Source: Promethearchaeota archaeon (GTDB lineage: Archaea; Asgardarchaeota; Lokiarchaeia; Sigyniarchaeales; SOKP01). From it: a DNA stretch of 33,537 nt. Of the stretch, positions 27,104 to 33,537 are shown piece after piece. The translations under genes were made by a program, and so were the position numbers. The notes under the pieces were generated by a model. That model was not told the origin of the DNA. It did no database searches and saw only the letters and a program-made list of their open reading frames with translations. Location: NCBI GenBank assembly GCA_016839585.1, contig JAEOTZ010000060.1:1-33537 (forward strand). The letters run 5' to 3'. Within the stretch, counting starts at the first letter, position 1. Each line of letters opens with the position of its first letter.

Positions 27104-29272
27104 ATGACGATTAAGCGTAATGCTTCCTTTTTTTTCAATCCAAAATCAATTGCAATTATTGGTGCTAGCAGTACACCTGGAAAAGTGGGATATAATGTAT
27201 TAAAAAATATAATTGATTCTAGCTATTCTGGAAAGATTTTTCCCATAAATCCAAAAGCTGGTGAGATTCTTAACTATAAGGCTTTTAAAAGTGTACTAAA
27301 GGTTCCAGATGAAATTGATATAGCTATTTTTGTAATTCCTGGAAAGCATGTAAATTCAATTGCAGAAGAGTGCGGTAAAAAAAATATTAAGGGTTTAGTT
27401 GTAATCTCAGCTGGTTTTAAAGAAATTGGTGGAGAAGGTATATTACGTGAAAAAAAGCTTATTGAAATTGCTAAAAAATATAATATGAGAATAATAGGTC
27501 CAAATTGCCTAGGATTTATTGGAATCAATTATAATGGGTCATTCGCAACTGAAACTCCTAAAAAAGGACATATTGCTATGATTTCCCAGTCTGGAGCAAT
27601 GTTAACCGGGATGATGGATTATTCCATGGAACAGGCGTTTGGTTTTTCATGTAATATTAGCTTAGGGAATAAGGCTGATTGCTCCGAGGTCGATTTCATT
27701 GAATATTTAGCAGATGATGAGGATACTAAAGTGATTCTTTGTTATTTAGAGAGTATAGAAAATGGAGAAAGATTTTTAGAAATTCTTCCAAAAGCAACAA
27801 GAAAAAAGCCAATAGTGATATTAAAAGCGGGAGTTAGTGAAGCAGGTGCTAGAGCAGCCTCGAGTCATACCGGGGCATTAGCAGGATCTGATATAGCATA
27901 TGATTTAGCATTCGAAAAATGTGGAGTAATTAGAGCAAATTCGATTGGAGACCTTTTTGATTTTGGTGAAGCCTTTCTTTATCAACCAATACCAGAAAAA
28001 AATTCCTTTGCTATTATTACAAATGCTGGGGGGCCCGGCATAACAGGGGTCGATGCTTTTGAACGTGAAGGCTTAAAATTAGCCCAATTTTCAGAACCCA
28101 TATTACATAAATTAAGAGATAATTTACCCCCAGAAGCAGCCATTTTTAATCCAGTAGATATCATTGGAGATGCGTCACCAGAAAGATATCGATTTGCTAT
28201 TGAATCTATTTTTGGTATAAACAACAAAAATGTTGAAGGAATATATGAAGATTCAATTACTACATATGGTGCATTAATAATTATGTCTCCACAGGCTCAG
28301 ACAAAACCAATTGAAGTTGCTAAGTTAATTTATGATATCTCTTCGAATCATTTATCAACCAAGCCGATATTATGCGCTATGATAGGCGAAAAATCTATTA
28401 AAGAGGCAAGAAAATATTTAAAACAACATCACATCCCTTGTTTTCCCTTTCCAGAAAGAGCTGCTCACTCCTTAAAAACATTAGTAAGATATAAAGACTT
28501 TTTAGACTCAAAACCTTTGGAAAAATTAGAAATTTCTGAATTTAAAGTTAATAAGGATAAAGTTAAAGAAATCTTTGATGCTGTCAGGAAAGATGAGCGA
28601 ACCGTACTTTTAAGCCATGAAACGAGCGAAATTTTTGAATGTTATGGGATTAAATCTCCAAAATCAAGATTGGCAAGGACTCCAAGAGAGGCCATGAAAT
28701 TACAAAAAGAAATTGGGAAATCGGTTTTGAAGATTGTCAGTCCACAGATAATTCATAAAACTGATGTAGGAGGGATTGTTCTAGGTGTTGAATCTGAGAT
28801 AGATGCCTTTGAAGCTTTTATCCAAATTGTGGATAGTGCTAAAAAATTTGGCCCCCAAATAGCTAAAATTTATGGAGTTGAAGTGCAAGAGATGATTGAC
28901 TTTAAAAAAGAAAAAAAGTTTATTGAACTTATTATAGGTATGTCTCGTGACCCGCAATTTGGCCCAATGTTGATGATTGGTTCTGGGGGAATTTACGCTA
29001 ATTTTCTAAGAGATGTTTCATTCGCGTTAGCATATAAATTTACAGAACAGGATGCAAAAAACACACTTCAAAAAACTAAAATATACAGTTTGTTACAAGG
29101 AGTTAGAGGAGAACCAGCTTCCGATATTGATTCAATTATAGAAGTATTGTTAAGATTATCACAGCTAGTAAATGATTTTAAAGATATTGTTGAGTTAGAT
29201 ATTAATCCATTATTATCCTTTATTAAAGGATATAGTGCAGTAGATATTAAAATTACTATAAGCCGAGGATAA
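27104..29272 (+). CDS. acd: ADP-forming acetate/acyl-CoA ligase, fused alpha-beta
   Basis: AIIGAS CoA-binding, GPNCLG, SQSG, SHTGALAG phospho-His, NAGG, NPVD, HKTDVGG and DINP ATP-grasp motifs. Confidence 0.9.
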   Translation: MTIKRNASFFFNPKSIAIIGASSTPGKVGYNVLKNIIDSSYSGKIFPINPKAGEILNYKAFKSVLKVPDEIDIAIFVIPGKHVNSIAEECGKKNIKGLVVISAGFKEIGGEGILREKKLIEIAKKYNMRIIGPNCLGFIGINYNGSFATETPKKGHIAMISQSGAMLTGMMDYSMEQAFGFSCNISLGNKADCSEVDFIEYLADDEDTKVILCYLESIENGERFLEILPKATRKKPIVILKAGVSEAGARAASSHTGALAGSDIAYDLAFEKCGVIRANSIGDLFDFGEAFLYQPIPEKNSFAIITNAGGPGITGVDAFEREGLKLAQFSEPILHKLRDNLPPEAAIFNPVDIIGDASPERYRFAIESIFGINNKNVEGIYEDSITTYGALIIMSPQAQTKPIEVAKLIYDISSNHLSTKPILCAMIGEKSIKEARKYLKQHHIPCFPFPERAAHSLKTLVRYKDFLDSKPLEKLEISEFKVNKDKVKEIFDAVRKDERTVLLSHETSEIFECYGIKSPKSRLARTPREAMKLQKEIGKSVLKIVSPQIIHKTDVGGIVLGVESEIDAFEAFIQIVDSAKKFGPQIAKIYGVEVQEMIDFKKEKKFIELIIGMSRDPQFGPMLMIGSGGIYANFLRDVSFALAYKFTEQDAKNTLQKTKIYSLLQGVRGEPASDIDSIIEVLLRLSQLVNDFKDIVELDINPLLSFIKGYSAVDIKITISRG

Positions 29273-29340
29273 TTTTTAAGAAAATATAAAAAACCTATAA
29301 AATAAAATTAAATGGTAAAGAAAAAAGATTGTAGTGATTT

Positions 29341-30408
29341 ATGATGGTTAAAACAATTTATCTATGCTCGTTAAGGGAAAGAGTAGGAAAGAGTTTAATT
29401 TCGATCGGAATTATGCAAAAATTACAAAATGAAGGCAAGAAGGTTGCCTATTTCAAGCCTATAGGAATTCCTAAAGGAGCGTTCACTAATAAAGCAGATC
29501 GTGATGTCGGATTTATACAAAATACTATTTTTAAGACGACACTTCCATATGACATAATATCTCCTGTTTCTATTCCGGATTGTTATTATGTAGATCTTAT
29601 AGATGTTAAAAGAAAGGAGGAGAATTTAGGAACGATTAAAAATGCTTACGATGAAATCGCTAAAAATTTCGAATATGTCATTATTGAAGGTTCTCCAAGC
29701 ATTAAAAGATATACACGTGTAGGCTTAGATGATGTGACTATAGCGAAATCAATAGGTATTAATGATCTAGTTTTCATAGAGACTCAATCTTCTGATAAAT
29801 GTATTGATAATATATTTTTCTCTAAGAATTATTTTGAATTTAGAAAGATCAAAATAAAAGGAATTATCTTTAATAAGATTGATTATGACTATAAAGCAAG
29901 GATTGAAGAATTAGAAGAAAATCATATTAAAAGATATGGGATCCCAATACTAGGAATTATTGAAAAAAGCATTGAGTTGTTTGCACCTCGAGTAATCGAA
30001 ATTCAAGAAGGAATTGGTGGAGAATTAATTAACGAAATAGCATCTGCGAGTTTAAACAATAGGGTTGAAACAACAATAATTGGTGCGATGAATGCTCAAG
30101 CTGCTTTGAAATATTTAAGACAAATAAAAGCAGCAGCAGTTATTACCGGTGGAGATCGTACAGATTTAGCCTTAGCCGCGTTAAATGAAGATGTTAAATG
30201 TTTAATTTTAACCGGGTTTATAAAACCTGATATCAAGGTTATTCATACAGCGAATGAAAAAGGAATTCCAATAATACTTAGTCCATCTGATACATACACA
30301 ACACTTAGAAATATGGATAGAGTAAAGCCTGGAATTCAAGAAGATGAGATAGATTTAGCTTTAAAATTAATAGAAAATGTTATTGATTGGGATTTGTTAT
30401 TAAATTAG
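29341..30408 (+). CDS. Phosphotransacetylase N-terminal-like protein (BioD-like P-loop plus DRTGG domain)
   Basis: VGKS, YFKPIG, IIEG and ITGGDRTD; no Pta catalytic domain; co-oriented with acd. Confidence 0.88.
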   Translation: MMVKTIYLCSLRERVGKSLISIGIMQKLQNEGKKVAYFKPIGIPKGAFTNKADRDVGFIQNTIFKTTLPYDIISPVSIPDCYYVDLIDVKRKEENLGTIKNAYDEIAKNFEYVIIEGSPSIKRYTRVGLDDVTIAKSIGINDLVFIETQSSDKCIDNIFFSKNYFEFRKIKIKGIIFNKIDYDYKARIEELEENHIKRYGIPILGIIEKSIELFAPRVIEIQEGIGGELINEIASASLNNRVETTIIGAMNAQAALKYLRQIKAAAVITGGDRTDLALAALNEDVKCLILTGFIKPDIKVIHTANEKGIPIILSPSDTYTTLRNMDRVKPGIQEDEIDLALKLIENVIDWDLLLN

Positions 30409-30664
30409 ATTGTTATAGATAAAAACTACTTTTCATTTGAATATTTTCATTCTTTTCTTTTTCCTTAAGATTAGATTAATAGTTATTTTTTTCTTCGATA
30501 ATTTCCAACTTTATTAAAATAAAAGACTTAATATGATATTTTAAAAATAATTATTAAAATTTTTATCAAATAGATTCAAATTTTATTAGTGAATTTAATT
30601 TTATTTGATATATTTTTTTAATTAAATTTACATGTTCAAAATATTGAATTGTCTTGAATGAAAA

Positions 30665-31780
30665 ATGATAATAGGTATTCCCAAAGAAATAAAACCTGGT
30701 GAGGGAAGAGTAAGTCTCTCACCATATAATATTGAAGAACTTATTAATATGGGTCATAATGTATTAATTGAACGCAATGCGGGAAGAAAAGTAGGATTTA
30801 CTGATGACCAATATATAAATGCTGGTGCAAAAGTTTATGAGACTAAAAAAAAGATTTATAGTGATTCAGATATCCTTGTTAAAGTTAAAGAACCAGTTTT
30901 AGAAGAATTAAATTATTTTAACCCTGGACCAATACTTTTTTCTTTCTTACATTTATCTGCTGTGAAAGAATTGACAGATATTTTCATGAGAGGTAAAGCT
31001 ACTGCAATTGCTTTTGAATCAGTTGAATTGGATGATGGGCATTTACCGATTTTAATACCAATGTCTGAGATTGCAGGAAGAATGGCATTGATTAAGGGTG
31101 CTAATCTACTTACAATACACAATAAAGGTAAAGGAGTTTTATTAGGTGGTGCTGCCGGCGTATATAAAGGTAATGTTACTGTATTAGGTGGAGGTACTGC
31201 AGGTTTAAGTGCTGCGTTAGCTGGATATGGCTTGGGTGCCCATGTAACAATCTTAGAAAGAAATATATTTCGGATTAGATATTTAAAAGATATTTTAACT
31301 AAAGGAATTAATGTTATTATGTCCAATATAAGAAATATAAGAAAAACTGTTAAAAAAACAGATATCTTAATAGGTACTGTTTTAATTCCAAACGCTAAAG
31401 CACCTAGAATCGTTTCAAGAGAAATGGTTAGATCAATGAAATCGGGATCTGTAATTGTAGATGTTTCGATTGACCAAGGAGGTTGTATTGAAACTAGTAA
31501 ACCTACAACTCACGAAGATCCAACTTATTTAGATGAGGGTATAATTCATTATTGTGTAACAAATATGCCTGGTGCTTATCCAAGAACATCTACAGAAGCC
31601 CTTTCTGAAGCCCTATTTCCATATTTAATGCACTTAATATCAGATGAAGATATTGTAAAAGTTCTTAAGAAAAGCCCCCCAATAAGAAGAGGTGTTAATC
31701 TCTTTAGAGGTAATATAACAATAAAAGAAATAGCAGAAACTTTTAATTATCCTTATAAACCTATAGAAGATATTTTATAA
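30665..31780 (+). CDS. ald: Alanine dehydrogenase (bacterial Ald type)
   Basis: [39 protein letters not shown] and [11 protein letters not shown]. Confidence 0.95.
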   Translation: MIIGIPKEIKPGEGRVSLSPYNIEELINMGHNVLIERNAGRKVGFTDDQYINAGAKVYETKKKIYSDSDILVKVKEPVLEELNYFNPGPILFSFLHLSAVKELTDIFMRGKATAIAFESVELDDGHLPILIPMSEIAGRMALIKGANLLTIHNKGKGVLLGGAAGVYKGNVTVLGGGTAGLSAALAGYGLGAHVTILERNIFRIRYLKDILTKGINVIMSNIRNIRKTVKKTDILIGTVLIPNAKAPRIVSREMVRSMKSGSVIVDVSIDQGGCIETSKPTTHEDPTYLDEGIIHYCVTNMPGAYPRTSTEALSEALFPYLMHLISDEDIVKVLKKSPPIRRGVNLFRGNITIKEIAETFNYPYKPIEDIL

Positions 31781-31974
31781 TTCCTTTTGATTTTAACCTA
31801 TGTAACCTTACTGGAGTAGTTTATAGCAGAAAGAAAAATTATATATAATCTCCTAGAAGATTTTATTAAATATCTAACTAAAGTTTGACAATTTAATAAT
31901 TGCATATTAGTATTAAAAAAATATTTAATTAAATTCTATTATATCCATTTTATAAGAAAGGATTAAAAAAAATT

Positions 31975-32253
31975 ATGCCTAAGTGGAATAAAGAGAAAAA
32001 TATAAGAGCCGCAATTTATGTTGATTGTGTATTAGGTATTATATCATCAATAATATCACTAACTGGGATCTTTTACTCAGCTATAATAACTAAGACAACA
32101 GGTGATTTTTGGGTAATTGGGCTTAGTTTTTGGACAGCTTATTTACTTGTTTCTATATATTTAATTTTTTTAGGAATCTATACTTATTTTCGAGAAAAAA
32201 AATATGGTGTGAAAAAGCCCAAAAAAGATTTAAAACCACCTATAGTATCATAA
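31975..32253 (+). CDS. Small 2-TM membrane protein
   Basis: Two hydrophobic segments, basic tail; AGGA upstream. Confidence 0.7.
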   Translation: MPKWNKEKNIRAAIYVDCVLGIISSIISLTGIFYSAIITKTTGDFWVIGLSFWTAYLLVSIYLIFLGIYTYFREKKYGVKKPKKDLKPPIVS

Positions 32254-32408
32254 CAAAACAAATTAGAAGTATAATACAAGATCAAAAAGTTATTTATATG
32301 ATTTTATAATACCTTTTAATAAAATTATTCTAATAAATAAATAATTTTGATAAGAATATTATTAAATATTTTAATACTTAAAATTCTGTAAAAAAATAGT
32401 AAAGTAAT

Positions 32409-33392
32409 ATGCCAGAAAGTAGTCGCCAATTAAATGATCTCAATAAAGTATTTATCCCATGTCGAACAGTTTTAGAAATGGAAACTCTAACTTCCTTATA
32501 TTTATCGACTCAAAATTATGATCAAATTAAAGACTTGCCAGAGAGTCAGCCATCAAGCCAAAAAGTCGCACAGATTTTTGGTGTAGAAGAAACTAAACCT
32601 CTCTTGAGTATAGTTGACTATTTCATAAATTGTGCCATACCAAAAGTTAAACCAGTTGTGATGTATGAAAGAGAACATCATGATAGATACAGGATGGGAA
32701 ATATTGAAGCTTACACTAAAACACGTGTTTGTCTGTATCTTGCTCTACATCGACTAAAATTAAAGTTCTTAATCTTGAAGAACTTCTTAGATAGATTTAA
32801 AAAAAATCAATATGAACTTGATTTTTATCAATCTCAGAATTCAGGTGTGAATCAAACCATGCTCTCAACATTGTATAAATTCTATCATGATAAAAACAAG
32901 ATGAATCTAATATTAATGCTTCCCAAAAAAAAAATCTCAGAAAGGGTTAGTAAACTAATAGATACTCAAGACTCTATTACTACAGATAAATTATTAAATA
33001 TGGTCGCTACCCGTTTATTTACAAATGAAAAAAATCAAGTAAAATTTATTATGAGAGAAATAAAAGCATCTCTGTTTGTTTGTAAGCTTATTTTTGCTAC
33101 AATGGATGTTAAGAATCCATTTTTACGAGCAAAAGATACAATGATTAGTCCTGAGGAAACAATGGTTAGTAATGATTTTATTCCAGAATTAATTCCCGCT
33201 ATGTCAAAATGCTTTTCTGATAATAATTACGTTCAATTGGAAGAATGTATAAATGCTTTTGATTTTTTAATGAATAAGGTATTAGATGGAATTAACTATG
33301 CTTATGAAGTAGCTTCTGGAGGTATTATAAAGTTAGAATTAGACGAAACATTATATAATACAGGAAATATTTTTACGGAATTAGTATCATAA
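32409..33392 (+). CDS. Hypothetical protein (helical)
   Basis: 327-aa ORF; no motif recognised. Confidence 0.8.
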   Translation: MPESSRQLNDLNKVFIPCRTVLEMETLTSLYLSTQNYDQIKDLPESQPSSQKVAQIFGVEETKPLLSIVDYFINCAIPKVKPVVMYEREHHDRYRMGNIEAYTKTRVCLYLALHRLKLKFLILKNFLDRFKKNQYELDFYQSQNSGVNQTMLSTLYKFYHDKNKMNLILMLPKKKISERVSKLIDTQDSITTDKLLNMVATRLFTNEKNQVKFIMREIKASLFVCKLIFATMDVKNPFLRAKDTMISPEETMVSNDFIPELIPAMSKCFSDNNYVQLEECINAFDFLMNKVLDGINYAYEVASGGIIKLELDETLYNTGNIFTELVS

Positions 33393-33469
33393 TTAAAATT
33401 TTATGAATAACTTTGCTTCTGAATTAATAAATGAAAAATAAAAAAATAAGGAATTAATTTTTAATAGCT

Positions 33470-33535
33470 TTATTTATCTGGTGCTTTTTTCCCTAACCAT
33501 TTCTCATAGAATGCATCAATATCAGGTAAAAAATT
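33470..33535 (-). CDS. 3' end of a gene running in from beyond the window (...NFLPDIDAFYEKWLGKKAPDK*)
   Basis: Open frame from the window edge to TAA at 33470-72, followed on the minus strand by T tracts. Confidence 0.5.
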   Translation of the reverse strand, partial: NFLPDIDAFYEKWLGKKAPDK

Positions 33536-33537
33536 AA

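Noticed and set aside
516-31326. Short antisense or overlapping ORFs in the track (e.g. 516-833, 1132-1425, 3247-3465, 4240-4509, 8004-8246, 13833-14147, 14418-14789, 15289-15609, 16576-17076, 18064-18273, 19390-19815, 21728-22060, 26529-26795, 27274-27528, 27982-28227, 30913-31326)
   Set aside because: Each lies within or opposite a well-supported gene and has no recognisable motif; they are shadow ORFs

Overview
AT-rich archaeal chromosomal segment. The gene set and Sec usage point to an Asgard (Lokiarchaeia-like) organism, which is an inference. The core is a group 3c [NiFe(Se)]-hydrogenase/heterodisulfide reductase locus: vhuG/mvhG with a duplicated Fe-S domain, a vhuA lacking its C-terminal Ni motif, an unannotated selenoprotein vhuU with in-frame TGA and a SECIS-like hairpin, then hdrC and hdrB. 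Maturation genes hypE, hypD, hypF, hypC and cooC flank it. Housekeeping and metabolic genes include cysS, a lone fwdA, a NIF3 protein, mobA, two tail-to-tail purF paralogues (one lacking the Cys nucleophile), a PI-PLC-like phosphodiesterase, cyclophilin, ADP-forming acyl-CoA synthetase plus a DRTGG protein, and alanine dehydrogenase. The ORF track misses or truncates four things: vhuU (Sec, plus a TAA inside a conserved-looking tail), a 49-aa ultra-acidic peptide ending in EEDW, and two genes that seem to need ATA/ATT starts (mobA and a Zn-finger-fused, catalytically degenerate endonuclease V). No rRNA, tRNA, CRISPR array or mobile element was recognised.
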